This document shows positions 7,536-19,893 of a DNA stretch of 24,878 nucleotides, piece after piece (the stretch's first letter is position 1; the number at the start of each line of letters is the position of its first letter). Made by a program: the position numbers and the translations under genes. The stretch is from Actinomycetota bacterium (lineage in GTDB: Bacteria; Actinomycetota; Acidimicrobiia; Acidimicrobiales; Ilumatobacteraceae). Location of the stretch: assembly GCA_039800125.1 (NCBI GenBank), contig JBDLRG010000090.1, positions 1 to 24,878 on the forward strand. Reading direction: 5' to 3'. The notes below the pieces were generated by a model. That model ran no database searches. It was given only the letters and a program-made list of their open reading frames with translations, and was not told the DNA's origin.

Positions 7536-9824
7536 TCACTCGCCGGCTGCGGCCCGGATCGCGGTCCACACCCGCAGCGGGGTGGCCGGCATGTCGATGT
7601 GGGACACCCCGAGATGGGACACCGCATCGACGACGGCCGACTGCACCGCCGGGGTCGCGCCGATGGTGCCCGACTCGCCGATGCCCTTGGCGCCGAGCAG
7701 GTTGTTCGGGGTGGGGGTCTCCATGTGCACGACGGTCACGCTCGGGACCTCGGCGGCGGAGATGAAGGCGTAGTCGGCGAGATTGGCGGTGATCGGGTTG
7801 CCGTCGGGGTCGTAGACGACCTCCTCGAGCAGGGCCTGGGCCGACCCCTGGGCGACGCCGCCGTGGATCTGGCCCTCGAGGATGAGGGGGTTCAACACGG
7901 TGCCGGCGTCGTCACAGGCGACGTGGGCGATGTGTCGCACCTTGCCCGTGTCGACGTCCGCCTCGACCACCGCGAGATGGGCCCCGAAGGGGAAGGTCGG
8001 GCCGGTGACGGTGACATTGCGGGCGTGCGACAGGCCGCCCGAGGATCTCTCGGCCACGGCGAGGTCGGCCCAGGTGCGCGACACCGCCGGGGTGCCGGCG
8101 ACGTGGAAGACGCCGCGGTCCTTGTCGAGCACGACGTCGGCGTCGTCGGCCTCGAGGAGGCGCGCGGCGATGGACCGGGCCTTGTCGACGAGTTCGCCGG
8201 CCACGGCGAAGACGGCGTTGCCGCCCTGCTGGAGCGAGCGCGATCCCATCGTGCCGGCCCCCTCGGGAACGGAATCGGTGTCGCCCCACACGACCGTGAT
8301 GCGGTCCATGGGGATGCCGGTCTGTTCGCTCGCGAGCATGGACCAGGCCGTCTGGTGACCCTGGCCGTGGGGTGAGGTGCCGGTGTAGACGATGGCCCCG
8401 CCGTCCTCGGTGATCTCGAGACGGGCGTTCTCGCCTCCGCCGACGCCGCCGGTGATCTCGACGTAGACGCTCACGCCGATGCCGATCTGGATCGGCCCGC
8501 CCTCGGCGCGGCGTGCGGCTTGACGGTCCCGCCATCCGGCGTAATCGCCGGCGGCGAGCACCTTGTCGAGCGCGGTCTCGTAGTCGCCGACGTCGTAGGT
8601 CTGCCCGACGACGGTGGTGTGGGGCTCCATGAAGCGGGGGATGAGGTTGCGCCGTCGCACCTCGACGGGATCCATGCCGATCTCCCTGGCGAAGAGATCC
8701 ATGGCGCGTTCGGCCGCTGCGGTGGCCTCCGGTCGACCGGCCCCGCGGTAGGCGACGGTCGGCGTGGTGTTCGTCACCACCGAGACGGTGCTGCATTCGA
8801 TGTTCGGGATGTCGTAGACCGCCGACGACATGGGCCGGGTCATGAAGGGCGCGAGGATCGAGCCGGTGTCCACCCAGGCGCCGGCGTCCTGGACGACCCG
8901 GAGCTGGTAGTGGGTCACCTTGCCATCGCGCGTGCCGCCGATGCCGATGTATTGCACCTGGGCGCGTCCGTGGCCGAGCGCCATCATCGATTCGCTGCGC
9001 GTTTCCCGCCAGCGCAACGGGCGGCCGACACGGGTGGCGATCGGACCGAGCACGAGTTCCTCGGGATAGATGCCGATCTTGGCTCCGAAACCGCCGCCGA
9101 CGTCGGGGGTGAGAATGCGCACCTGCGACCGGTCGACGCCGTTTGCCTTGGCGATGGGTTCGTGCGCTCCCTGGGCGTGCTGGGTGGAGAGCCACTGGTG
9201 GAGTCGACCGCCGACCCAGGCCGCCGCGGCCCCCCGCACCTCGAGCGGGCACGGCGCGACGCGCTGGTTGAGCACCCGCTCGTGCACGACGACCTCGCAC
9301 CCGGCGAAGAAGTCATCCCCCGAGTTCTCGGGGATGCCGAGAAGGGTGGTGGTGAAGACGATGTTCGAGCCGCACCCCTCGTAGATGAGGTTGTCGGAGT
9401 TCATTGCGCGCTCCGGGTCCACGAGAGCCTCGAGCACGTCGTAGTCCACGATGACCATCTCGGCGGCGTCCTCGCCCTGCTCGCGGGTCTCGGTGACGAC
9501 GGCGGCGATCGGCTCGCCGACGTAGCGCACCTTGTCCGAGGCAAGCCACGTGCGGGTCGCACCGGGATTGAAGGTGGAGGGCACCGGGGTGAGGCCGAGG
9601 TCGGCGGCGGTGAACACCGCGACCACACCGGGCATGGCGAGGGCGTCCGAGGCATCGACCGAGAGGATGCGACCGTGGGCCACGGTGGAGCGCACGAAGG
9701 TGACGTGGAGTGCGCCCTCGAGCAGGGGTTCGTCGAGCAGGTCGTCCACGTAGCGGCCACCCGTGGTGAGGAACTTCGGGTCCTCGACGCGGCGGACCCT
9801 GTTGCCGAGAATGCTGCCACCCAT
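7536..9824 (-). CDS. CoxL/CutL-like molybdopterin-binding large subunit, form II type (AYRGAGR) (762 aa)
   Basis: [27 protein letters not shown], active-site loop [32 protein letters not shown] and GAKGIGESG (catalytic Glu). AAGGGAG SD at 9830-9836. Confidence 0.93.
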   Translation of the reverse strand: MGGSILGNRVRRVEDPKFLTTGGRYVDDLLDEPLLEGALHVTFVRSTVAHGRILSVDASDALAMPGVVAVFTAADLGLTPVPSTFNPGATRTWLASDKVRYVGEPIAAVVTETREQGEDAAEMVIVDYDVLEALVDPERAMNSDNLIYEGCGSNIVFTTTLLGIPENSGDDFFAGCEVVVHERVLNQRVAPCPLEVRGAAAAWVGGRLHQWLSTQHAQGAHEPIAKANGVDRSQVRILTPDVGGGFGAKIGIYPEELVLGPIATRVGRPLRWRETRSESMMALGHGRAQVQYIGIGGTRDGKVTHYQLRVVQDAGAWVDTGSILAPFMTRPMSSAVYDIPNIECSTVSVVTNTTPTVAYRGAGRPEATAAAERAMDLFAREIGMDPVEVRRRNLIPRFMEPHTTVVGQTYDVGDYETALDKVLAAGDYAGWRDRQAARRAEGGPIQIGIGVSVYVEITGGVGGGENARLEITEDGGAIVYTGTSPHGQGHQTAWSMLASEQTGIPMDRITVVWGDTDSVPEGAGTMGSRSLQQGGNAVFAVAGELVDKARSIAARLLEADDADVVLDKDRGVFHVAGTPAVSRTWADLAVAERSSGGLSHARNVTVTGPTFPFGAHLAVVEADVDTGKVRHIAHVACDDAGTVLNPLILEGQIHGGVAQGSAQALLEEVVYDPDGNPITANLADYAFISAAEVPSVTVVHMETPTPNNLLGAKGIGESGTIGATPAVQSAVVDAVSHLGVSHIDMPATPLRVWTAIRAAAGE

Positions 9825-9829
9825 GTCCG

Positions 9830-9882
9830 CTCCCTTGGTCCCCTCGTCGCAGCCGCGCGGTGCGGTGCTCGGAGAAACCCTA
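9830..9882 (-). promoter_or_regulatory. Putative -10 box TAGGGT (9877-9882) and SD AAGGGAG (9830-9836) for the L-S-M operon
   Basis: TAnnnT hexamer in the only sizeable gap before the large subunit, with a strong SD 5 nt before the ATG. Confidence 0.55.
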
Positions 9883-9914
9883 ATGCCGTGCCGTCGGGGC
9901 GGCGAAAGGGCCGG

Positions 9915-10349
9915 TCAGGGACCGAGCGGTTCGAGACCGCCGCCACCTCGCGAGGCATCGGCGGCGCGGGCCGCCACGATGCTGCTCACGAGCGTGTAGG
10001 GCCAGGTCGCGGGCAGTTCCACGGGGAGATCGGGCATCTCGCCGATGACCACGGGGCGTTCGCCGGGGAGGACGTAGCCGAGATGGTCGCGCGCGGCGCG
10101 ACGGATGCCCTCGGTGGTGGAGAGCTGGTCCACCTCCTTCTGCAGCTGCTCGTTGGCCTCGGCGAGGGCCTCGAACTCGGCGGTCTTGGCCGCGAGCGCG
10201 GACCGCTGGGAGAACCAATCGCGCACGGGCGAGAACACGAGCGAGAAGCCGAAGGAGGCCACGACGAGGACGGCGACGGAACGCAGACCCCAGCGGACGG
10301 CCCGGGATCCGCGCAGGCCGGCGACGTCGGACAGTCGGGGAGAACGCAC
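9915..10349 (-). CDS. Septum formation initiator family protein (FtsB/DivIC-like, ~144 aa)
   Basis: Within track ORF 9915..10886; start re-assigned to the GTG at 10349. One TM helix (VAVLVVASFGFSLVF), a coiled coil (LAAKTAEFEALAEANEQLQKEVDQL) and IRRAARDHLGYVLPGE. Directly downstream of eno, the usual actinobacterial position. Exact start is less certain. Confidence 0.85.
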   Translation of the reverse strand: MRSPRLSDVAGLRGSRAVRWGLRSVAVLVVASFGFSLVFSPVRDWFSQRSALAAKTAEFEALAEANEQLQKEVDQLSTTEGIRRAARDHLGYVLPGERPVVIGEMPDLPVELPATWPYTLVSSIVAARAADASRGGGGLEPLGP

Positions 10350-10408
10350 GACTCCATTGTGGCGGCATTCCCGCCCCGCGGGGCGGAGCACGAACGTCCG
10401 TTCGTTCG

Positions 10409-13138
<2,730 letters not shown>

Positions 13139-13142
<4 letters not shown>

Positions 13143-14041
13143 GCGATCGAGGAGAGGCCGCGCACCCATCGGCCGTAGCGCGAGGACACCCTCACGTCGG
13201 CGTCGGCGAGGTAACCCTCGAAGGCGACGGCCCCGGGCGCCGCGGCCGACACGCGGCCGAGCGAGTCGGCGACGTCGGCGAAGGGTCGGTTGAGGATGAC
13301 GTGCCATCCGAACTGCGTGCGCACCGGCCCGTAGGGGATGCCGGCCCTGCCTTGCACCGCGCCGGCGAGGAAGTCGCCGTCGTATCCGCGCTGGAACTCG
13401 GTGAGGGGCTGGCACGGCTCACCGTCGGCACCCGCGAGGGCACCACCCGACACCACGGCGGCGGGCTCGACGGAGACCTCGGCGGCGAGTTCGGCGAAAT
13501 CGGCGCCCTCATCGAGACGAGCGAGCACACGGTCGGCGTCGCCGCGCGTCGCCACGAGGATGTGGGAGAGGCACAGCATGCCGGTCGAGGCGGGGGACTC
13601 TTCGTAGGCGACGGCGAGTTCGCCGGCGGCGCGCGCGGAGGCGCGGGAGAGCACGAGGTCGATGACGTTGAGGTCGACGATGATGCCCTGCAGCAGGTCC
13701 GAGTAGGCCCGGAATGCGGCATCCCCGGCGGCGAAGCCGAGGATCTCCTCACGGTCGGCATCGGTGACCTCGAGACCCTCGTCCTCGGCGAACTGCCGGA
13801 AGGTCTCGATGCGGATGAGCTGTCGCAGGATCGTGCGCACGATCTCGTCGCCGGCCTCGCCGTTGTCGAGCGTGAGGTCACCGGCCGCGGCGAGGTCGGA
13901 GAGCACGGCGTCGAGCTCGTCCCGTGTCGTGGCGGTGCCGTTGACGGAGAACGCCTCGTCGGCCGGGGTCAGCGCGCCACAGGACGACAGTGAGAGTGCG
14001 GCGACGGCGGCGAGGAGGATGCGACGGGGGATGCGGACCAC
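13139..14041 (-). CDS. Parvulin-type peptidyl-prolyl isomerase lipoprotein (PrsA/SurA-like, 300 aa)
   Basis: Start re-assigned to the GTG at 14041. Signal peptide with lipobox LSSC; CLSHILV, ADFAELAAEVS and GPVRTQFGWHVI rotamase motifs. Confidence 0.88.
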
Positions 14042-14048
14042 GGAGGCG

Positions 14049-14054
14049 ACTCTA
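14049..14054 (-). promoter_or_regulatory. Putative -10 box TAGAGT, 7 nt upstream of the PPIase GTG (leaderless-type)
   Basis: TAnnnT hexamer, 7-nt spacer, no SD. Confidence 0.55.
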
Positions 14055-14091
14055 CTGTCGGGGCAACGCGGCGCCCGGGACGGCTCCGGCA

Positions 14092-17000
14092 TCACGAGAG
14101 CAGTTCGCCGAGCAACGTCGAGACGAGACCGACGGCATCCCCGCCGCGGGGCAGGGGGACGACGAGTGTGCGCGAGGACTCCTTGAGCACCGCACCGGGA
14201 CACACGCGCTGCACCGTCATGGTCTGGCTCGCCCGCAGGTCGATGGGCGAGAGACGGATCTCCCGGGCGTTCGTCACGAGTTCGGTGATGCCGAGCGCCA
14301 GGCAGTCCGCGCGCACGCGCGCGACGTCGAGCAGGGCGCGGGCCGGGGCGGGTGACGGGCCGTAGCGGTCGGCCCATTCGGCGGCGATGTCGTCGACGGC
14401 CGCGCGCGTGACGGCGTCGGCGAGCCTCCGGTAGGCGCCGAGCCGCAGTTCTTCGCCGGGGACGTAGTCGTCGGGGAGGAACGCGTCAACGGGCAGGTCC
14501 ACCGTGATCTCGACGGGTTCGGGCGGCGTCTCACCCTTCATCTCGCCGACGGCCTCGGTGACCATCTGGCAGTAGAGGTCGTATCCGACGGCGGCGATGT
14601 GGCCGCTCTGGGCCTCGCCGAGGAGGTTTCCCGCACCGCGGATCTCGAGGTCGCGCATGGCGATCTTGAAGCCGCTGCCGAGTTCCGTGCTCTCCCCGAT
14701 CGTGCGCAGCCGCTCCCGGGCATCCTCGGTGATGCGCGCATCCACCGGATGGAAGAGGTACGCGTAGGCGCGCTGTCCGCCCCGTCCCACCCGACCACGC
14801 AGCTGGTGCAACTGACCGAGGCCGAGCATGTCGGCGCGCTCGACGACGAGGGTGTTCACCGCGGGCATGTCGATTCCGCTCTCGATGATGGTGGTGCACA
14901 CGAGCACGTCGAAGCGTCCCTCCCAGAAGTCGAGAACGACCTGTTCGAGGATGCTCTCCTCCATCTGGCCGTGGGCGACGGCGATGCGCGCCTCGGGGAC
15001 CCATTCGCGCAGTTCCGCGGCGCGTTCCTCGATGGTCTGCACCCGGTTGTGCACCCAGAACACCTGACCCTCGCGCAGCAGTTCGCGACGGATCGCCTCG
15101 ACCGCGACCTGGCGGGACTCCTCGCCCACCCAGGTGAGGATGGGCTGGCGTTCGGCGGGCGGGGTCTGGAGGAGCGAGAGGTCGCGGATCCCGACGAGGC
15201 TCATCTCGAGGGTGCGCGGGATGGGGGTGGCCGACATCGACAGCACGTCGACGTTCGCGCGCAGTCGCTTCATCCTCTCCTTGTGCTGCACGCCGAAACG
15301 CTGCTCCTCGTCGACCACGAGGAGCCCCAGCTTGCGGAACTCGACGTTCTCCGAGAGGAGTCGATGGGTTCCCACGACGCAGTCGACCTCGCCGCTGCGC
15401 AGGCCGGCGATGATGCGCTGGGCGGCACCGGGCGACTGGAAGCGCGAGAGCACCTCGACGCGGATGGGATAGCCGGCGAAGCGTTCCGAGAAGGTCGCAC
15501 CGTGCTGGCTGGCGAGCAGCGTGGTGGGGACGAGGACGGCCACCTGCATCCCGTCCTGGATGGCCTTGAACGCCGCCCGTACGGCGACCTCGGTCTTGCC
15601 GAATCCCACGTCACCGCAGAGCAGGCGGTCCATGGGTCGGTCGCGTTCCATGTCGGCCTTGATGGCCTCGATGGCGGTCTCCTGGTCCGGTGTCTCCACG
15701 AACGGGAAGGCGGCCTCCATCTCGGCCTGCCACGGTGTGTCGGAACCGAAGGCGTGACCGGTCACGCTCATGCGCTTCTGGTACAGCACGACGAGTTCCT
15801 GGGCCACCTCGCGCACCGCGGAACGCACGCGCGACTTGGCGCGGGCGAAATCCGATCCGCCCATGCGGTGCAGGACCGGCGCCTCCCCTCCGACGTACTG
15901 ACGGATGACGCCGATCTGGTCGACGGGGACGTACAGCTTGTCGCCACCCTTGTAGGCCAGCAGCAGGTAGTCGCGCTCGACGCCTCCGATGGCGCGTGTG
16001 ACCATGCCCTCGTAACGACCCACGCCGTGATGGGCGTGCACCACGTAGCCGCCCGGCTGCAGGTCCTCGAACGCGGTCGCCGCACCGCCGCTGCGCCGTG
16101 CCGGCCGACCGCGTCCGCGGCGCCGGCCCGACAGGTCTGCCTCGCACATCACCGCGGTGCGGGTGGCCTCCATGGCGAATCCCCGCGACTGGGGCGCGTG
16201 CACGACCCAGGCCCCGGGACGGGCGATGTCGTCGGCGTGGACGGGTTCGGAGACATCGAGTCCCTGTTCGCGCAGGACCCCCGCGAGGCGCGGGACGGAA
16301 TCGGGCGTGTCGGCGGCGACGACGACGGTCCATCGGTCGGCCAGCAGGGAGGCCATGCGTCGTGCGACGTGGGAAGGATCGCCCACCACGGGAGCCCAGC
16401 CGCTCGCTGCGAGCAGGGGCGCGTCGGCGGAGTCGGCGGGCGAGGCGAACGAGACGGTCGTCACGGTCGAGTCGGGCGCGAGGAGCCTCTCGGGTGCCAC
16501 GTGCAGGCGCGGAAACGCGACCTCGGCGTCGCGCGCCCACGAGGCCGCGAGGGTGCGGGCCAGGTCGTCCTCCTCGGCGATCAGGTCGCGCGCCCGCTCG
16601 GCGATACCGCGTGGGTCTGCGAACACGACGAGCGCGTCGGGCCCGAGCAGGTCGGCGGCCACGGTGTCGCCGTCTGCGAGCCAGGGGAGCCAGCTCTCCA
16701 TGCCGTCGAAGACCTGGCCCTCGGCGAGACGCTCCCACTGCTCGCGGCCCCACGGTTCGGCGGCCACGAGCGCGCTCGCCCTCTCGGCGATGCCGGGCAC
16801 GTGCATCAGTTCGCGCGCCGGGAAGATGCGCACACGCGCGAGGTCGCCGGTGGTGCGTTGGTCCGCCACGTCGTAGGAGGTGAGGCGGTCCACCTCGTCC
16901 CCCCACATGTCGATGCGCACGGGGACGTCCGACGTGGAGGGGAAGACGTCCACGATGGCGCCGCGCCGGGCGAACTCGCCGCGATGCTCGGCCACGTGTT

Positions 17001-17529
17001 CGCGCCGGTAGCCGAGGAAGGCGAGACGCTCGCAAAGAAGGTCGATGTCGATCACGTCGCCCCGCGACACCTCGATCGGTTCGGTCCCGGGTCCCGTCGG
17101 GGCGAGTTTCTGCAGCAGTGCCCGCACGCCGGCCACCACGACGGACGGACGGCGGTCGGGATCGGCGGGGTCGAGGACACCGCTGCGGAGACGCCACAAG
17201 GTGCGGGTGCGTTCACCCATGGTGTGCACCGCCGGACTCACGCGCTCGAACGGGAGCGTCTCCCATGCGGGGAGCAGGGCGACCTCGTGGGGACCGAACC
17301 ACGCCTCGAGATCGGCGGCGAGTTGCTCTGCGGCGGTCCCGGTGGGCACGGCCACGAGTACGGGACGCCGTTCATTCCCCGCGGCGAGCGCGGCGAGTGC
17401 GCCCGCGCGTGCCGTCTCGGGTACCGCGATGACGGCGTTGCGACGACCGGCCATCCCGAGGAGGACGGGTTCGTCCGCGGCGCGGAGGGCGAGCGGGGAG
17501 AGTCGCGCCGGTGCGCCCGGGCGCTTCAC
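14092..17529 (-). CDS. mfd: Transcription-repair coupling factor Mfd (1145 aa)
   Basis: UvrB-like N-terminus (RRGAIVDVF), RID/CarD-like VHAHHGVGRYEG, helicase motifs GDVGFGKT, DEEQRFG, SATPIPRT and QLRGRVGR, TRG motif RDLEIRGAGNLLG. Confidence 0.98.
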   Translation of the reverse strand: MKRPGAPARLSPLALRAADEPVLLGMAGRRNAVIAVPETARAGALAALAAGNERRPVLVAVPTGTAAEQLAADLEAWFGPHEVALLPAWETLPFERVSPAVHTMGERTRTLWRLRSGVLDPADPDRRPSVVVAGVRALLQKLAPTGPGTEPIEVSRGDVIDIDLLCERLAFLGYRREHVAEHRGEFARRGAIVDVFPSTSDVPVRIDMWGDEVDRLTSYDVADQRTTGDLARVRIFPARELMHVPGIAERASALVAAEPWGREQWERLAEGQVFDGMESWLPWLADGDTVAADLLGPDALVVFADPRGIAERARDLIAEEDDLARTLAASWARDAEVAFPRLHVAPERLLAPDSTVTTVSFASPADSADAPLLAASGWAPVVGDPSHVARRMASLLADRWTVVVAADTPDSVPRLAGVLREQGLDVSEPVHADDIARPGAWVVHAPQSRGFAMEATRTAVMCEADLSGRRRGRGRPARRSGGAATAFEDLQPGGYVVHAHHGVGRYEGMVTRAIGGVERDYLLLAYKGGDKLYVPVDQIGVIRQYVGGEAPVLHRMGGSDFARAKSRVRSAVREVAQELVVLYQKRMSVTGHAFGSDTPWQAEMEAAFPFVETPDQETAIEAIKADMERDRPMDRLLCGDVGFGKTEVAVRAAFKAIQDGMQVAVLVPTTLLASQHGATFSERFAGYPIRVEVLSRFQSPGAAQRIIAGLRSGEVDCVVGTHRLLSENVEFRKLGLLVVDEEQRFGVQHKERMKRLRANVDVLSMSATPIPRTLEMSLVGIRDLSLLQTPPAERQPILTWVGEESRQVAVEAIRRELLREGQVFWVHNRVQTIEERAAELREWVPEARIAVAHGQMEESILEQVVLDFWEGRFDVLVCTTIIESGIDMPAVNTLVVERADMLGLGQLHQLRGRVGRGGQRAYAYLFHPVDARITEDARERLRTIGESTELGSGFKIAMRDLEIRGAGNLLGEAQSGHIAAVGYDLYCQMVTEAVGEMKGETPPEPVEITVDLPVDAFLPDDYVPGEELRLGAYRRLADAVTRAAVDDIAAEWADRYGPSPAPARALLDVARVRADCLALGITELVTNAREIRLSPIDLRASQTMTVQRVCPGAVLKESSRTLVVPLPRGGDAVGLVSTLLGELLS

Positions 17530-18143
17530 CGACCGTTGAACTCCCGCATGGCGGCCTCGACCGAGCCGCCCACGAGGGCCTCCACCGCGTCGGCGGCGAG
17601 TTCGACGGAGACGTCGAGCACCTTGCGCTCGGCGGCGGGGATGCGCGACAGCACGTGGTCCGCTCCCTGCTCCTTGGTGCGGGGCTTGCCCACCCCGATG
17701 CGCACGCGGATGTAATCGTCGGTGCGCAGGTGCTGGGACACCGACTTGAGGCCGTTGTGGCCGGCGAGCCCGCCCCCCACCTTCACGCGCACGATGCCGG
17801 GATCGAGGTCGAGTTCGTCGTGGACGATGACGATGCGCGCGGGATCGTCCACCTTCCAGCGGCGCGCGAGCGCACCGACGGCCTCGCCTGATTCGTTCAT
17901 CCAGGTCGTGGGCACCGCGAGAACCACCGGCACGCCGGCGATGCGCGTCTCGACGGTGAGTGCCCGGTCACGTCCGGCCTTGAGGGAGGCGCCGACACGG
18001 GACGCGAGCACCTCGAGCGTGTCGACGCCCACGTTGTGGCGCGTGCGTGAGTACTGCTTGCCGGGGTTGCCGAGTCCCACGACGAGCACGCGGGTGCGGT
18101 CGGCGTCGGAGGAGACCGGTCGGGATTCCTTGCGGCGCAGCAC
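17526..18143 (-). CDS. pth: Peptidyl-tRNA hydrolase (~205 aa; start uncertain)
   Basis: VVGLGNPG, TRHNVG, TWMNESG, VHDELDL, GHNGLKS and RIGVGKP. Confidence 0.96.
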   Translation of the reverse strand: MLRRKESRPVSSDADRTRVLVVGLGNPGKQYSRTRHNVGVDTLEVLASRVGASLKAGRDRALTVETRIAGVPVVLAVPTTWMNESGEAVGALARRWKVDDPARIVIVHDELDLDPGIVRVKVGGGLAGHNGLKSVSQHLRTDDYIRVRIGVGKPRTKEQGADHVLSRIPAAERKVLDVSVELAADAVEALVGGSVEAAMREFNGR

Positions 18144-18175
18144 GGCGGATGTCGACGACCGTCAGGCCGTCCGGG

Positions 18176-18817
18176 TCATTCGGACGCTTCGGGAGCGGGC
18201 GCGGCGGCACCCTCGGCGGGCGCCTCTTCCGCCGCTGTGGCGGCGGTCTCGACGCCGGCACGCGAGATGAGCACGGTCACGACCGGCATGTCGGGGTCGC
18301 CGGTGGCGACGACACCCGCGGGAAGCGCCACCTCGGAGAGGCGGATGACCTGGTCGGGCTGCATGTCGGTGATGTCGATGAGGATCTCGTTGGGGAGATT
18401 GGCGGGCGTTGCACGCACCTCGATGGAGTCGACGGCCGGATCGACGAGACCACCGGCGCCCACGACGGCTTTGGCCGTGCCCGTGAGGTGCAGGGGAATG
18501 CTGACGACGATCTCGGCGGCGAGGTCGATCTGGATGAAGTCGACGTGGCTGACGTTGCGGCGCACGGGATGGCGCTGCATCTCCTTGACGATCGCGTTGT
18601 AGGTGGAGCCCCCGACGCTCAACGAGAGGATCGTGTTCTGACCCGCGGGACCCGAGAGGGCGGCGCGCAGGTCGCGACGCGCGACCGAGAGGGAGACGGG
18701 TTGCATGCCGCGCCCGTACAGGACACCGGGAATGCGATCCTCGGCGCGGAGGCGGCGGGAGGGGCCGCTGCCGGTGGCGCGGCCGGTCTCGGCGGTGAGA
18801 GCAGCAGTTGTGGACAC
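18176..18817 (-). CDS. rplY: 50S ribosomal protein bL25 / general stress protein Ctc, long form (213 aa)
   Basis: Start re-assigned to the GTG at 18817. SRRLRAEDRIPGVLYG and QRHPVRRNVSHVDF, with an acidic/Ala-rich tail. Canonical prs-rplY-pth order. Confidence 0.95.
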   Translation of the reverse strand: MSTTAALTAETGRATGSGPSRRLRAEDRIPGVLYGRGMQPVSLSVARRDLRAALSGPAGQNTILSLSVGGSTYNAIVKEMQRHPVRRNVSHVDFIQIDLAAEIVVSIPLHLTGTAKAVVGAGGLVDPAVDSIEVRATPANLPNEILIDITDMQPDQVIRLSEVALPAGVVATGDPDMPVVTVLISRAGVETAATAAEEAPAEGAAAPAPEASE

Positions 18818-18825
18818 GGCAAGCG

Positions 18826-18831
18826 AGTCTA
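18826..18831 (-). promoter_or_regulatory. Putative -10 box TAGACT, 8 nt upstream of the rplY GTG
   Basis: Near-consensus hexamer and no SD before the start. Confidence 0.5.
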
Positions 18832-18858
18832 GGGGGAGGGAGCCGGAACCCCCCAAGG

Positions 18859-18878
18859 CCGGACCGGGCCGGGTCCGG
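18859..18878 (-). terminator. GC-rich hairpin (CCGGACC-N6-GGTCCGG) just after the prs stop; possible structure-only terminator or stabiliser
   Basis: Perfect 7-bp stem 7 nt downstream of the prs stop, but no U-tract. Confidence 0.3.
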
Positions 18879-18885
18879 GCCGGGG

Positions 18886-19893
18886 TCAGTGCTGGTTCTC
18901 TCCCCCGAAGAGCTCGCTGACGCTCGTCTCGTCGAAGACGGCGGCGAGGGCGTCGGCGATGATCTTGGCCACCGAGAGAACCTCGATCTTGGGGATCATT
19001 CGCTCGGGTGCGAGGGGCAGGGTGTTCGTCAGCACGACCCGGGAGATGGGGGAGGCCTCGAGGCGCTCGAGAGCCGGGTCCGAGAGCACCCCGTGGGTGG
19101 CCATGGCCCACACCTCGCTCGCGCCCCTCTCGAGAAGGAGTTCCGCCGCCGAGACGATGGTGCCGCCCGTGTCGATCATGTCGTCGGTGAGGATGCAGAG
19201 CCGGCCCTCCACCTCGCCGATGACCTCCTTGGCCACGGCCACGTTGGCAGTGCCCTTGGGGCGACGCTTGTTGATGAAGGCCACGTCGGCGTTCTTGTCC
19301 GAGAGGTGCTGGGCGAAGCGTTCGGCCACCTTCACGCGGCCGGCATCCGGCGAGACGATGACGAGTCCGTCATCGACGTTCTCGCGCACCCATGTCTCGA
19401 GCACCGGCATGGCGGTGAGATGGTCCACGGGGCCCGAGAAGAATCCCTGGATCTGCCCGCTGTGAAGGTCGATCGAGATCATCCGGGTCGCGCCGGCGGC
19501 CTTGAACATGTCGGCCATCATCCGGGCCGTGATCGGCTCGCGACCCTCGGCCTTGCGGTCCTGACGGGCGTAGCCGTAGAAGGGGCACACCGCGGTGATG
19601 CGCTTGGCCGACGCCCGTTGTGCCGCGTCGATCATGATGAGCTGCTCCATGATGGAATCGTTGATCGAACCCGCCTCGGTCCCGTAGTGGGACTGCATGA
19701 TGAACACGTCGCCGCCACGGATGCTCTCGGAGAAGCGCGGACGGATCTCGCCGTTGGCGAAGCGCACGATGTTGGCGTCACCGATGCGGATGTTCAGGTG
19801 CTCGGCCACCTCGGCGGCGAGCGTGGGGTGGGTTCGCCCCGAGTAGAGCGACAGCCGCTTCGTCGTGACCTTCTCGAGCGGACCGGTCGTCAT
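18886..19893 (-). CDS. prs: Ribose-phosphate pyrophosphokinase (335 aa)
   Basis: Start re-assigned to the ATG at 19893 (ATGA overlap with the glmU stop). FANGEI, FYGYARQDRK, DLHSGQIQGFF, VSPDAGR and DDMIDTGGT. Confidence 0.98.
   Translation of the reverse strand: MTTGPLEKVTTKRLSLYSGRTHPTLAAEVAEHLNIRIGDANIVRFANGEIRPRFSESIRGGDVFIMQSHYGTEAGSINDSIMEQLIMIDAAQRASAKRITAVCPFYGYARQDRKAEGREPITARMMADMFKAAGATRMISIDLHSGQIQGFFSGPVDHLTAMPVLETWVRENVDDGLVIVSPDAGRVKVAERFAQHLSDKNADVAFINKRRPKGTANVAVAKEVIGEVEGRLCILTDDMIDTGGTIVSAAELLLERGASEVWAMATHGVLSDPALERLEASPISRVVLTNTLPLAPERMIPKIEVLSVAKIIADALAAVFDETSVSELFGGENQH

Noticed and set aside
7536-9824. Calling this a true aerobic CO dehydrogenase (atmospheric CO oxidation)
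   Set aside because: The active-site loop is AYRGAGR and lacks the form I AYxCSFR Cu-binding motif, so CO oxidation cannot be claimed.
14599-17715. 1038-aa plus-strand ORF antisense to mfd
   Set aside because: Shadow ORF: high-GC codon bias removes stops from the antisense frame. It has no recognisable motifs and mirrors mfd.
18832-18856. G-run/C-run segment upstream of rplY as a possible bL25 autoregulatory RNA
   Set aside because: Pairing is irregular and the segment lies upstream of the putative rplY -10, so it would not be in a leaderless rplY transcript.
19700-19890. Possible frameshifted continuation of glmU downstream of its stop
   Set aside because: This region is the conserved N-terminus of prs, and I found no HLxYxGDA-like remnant in the alternative frames shown in the track.
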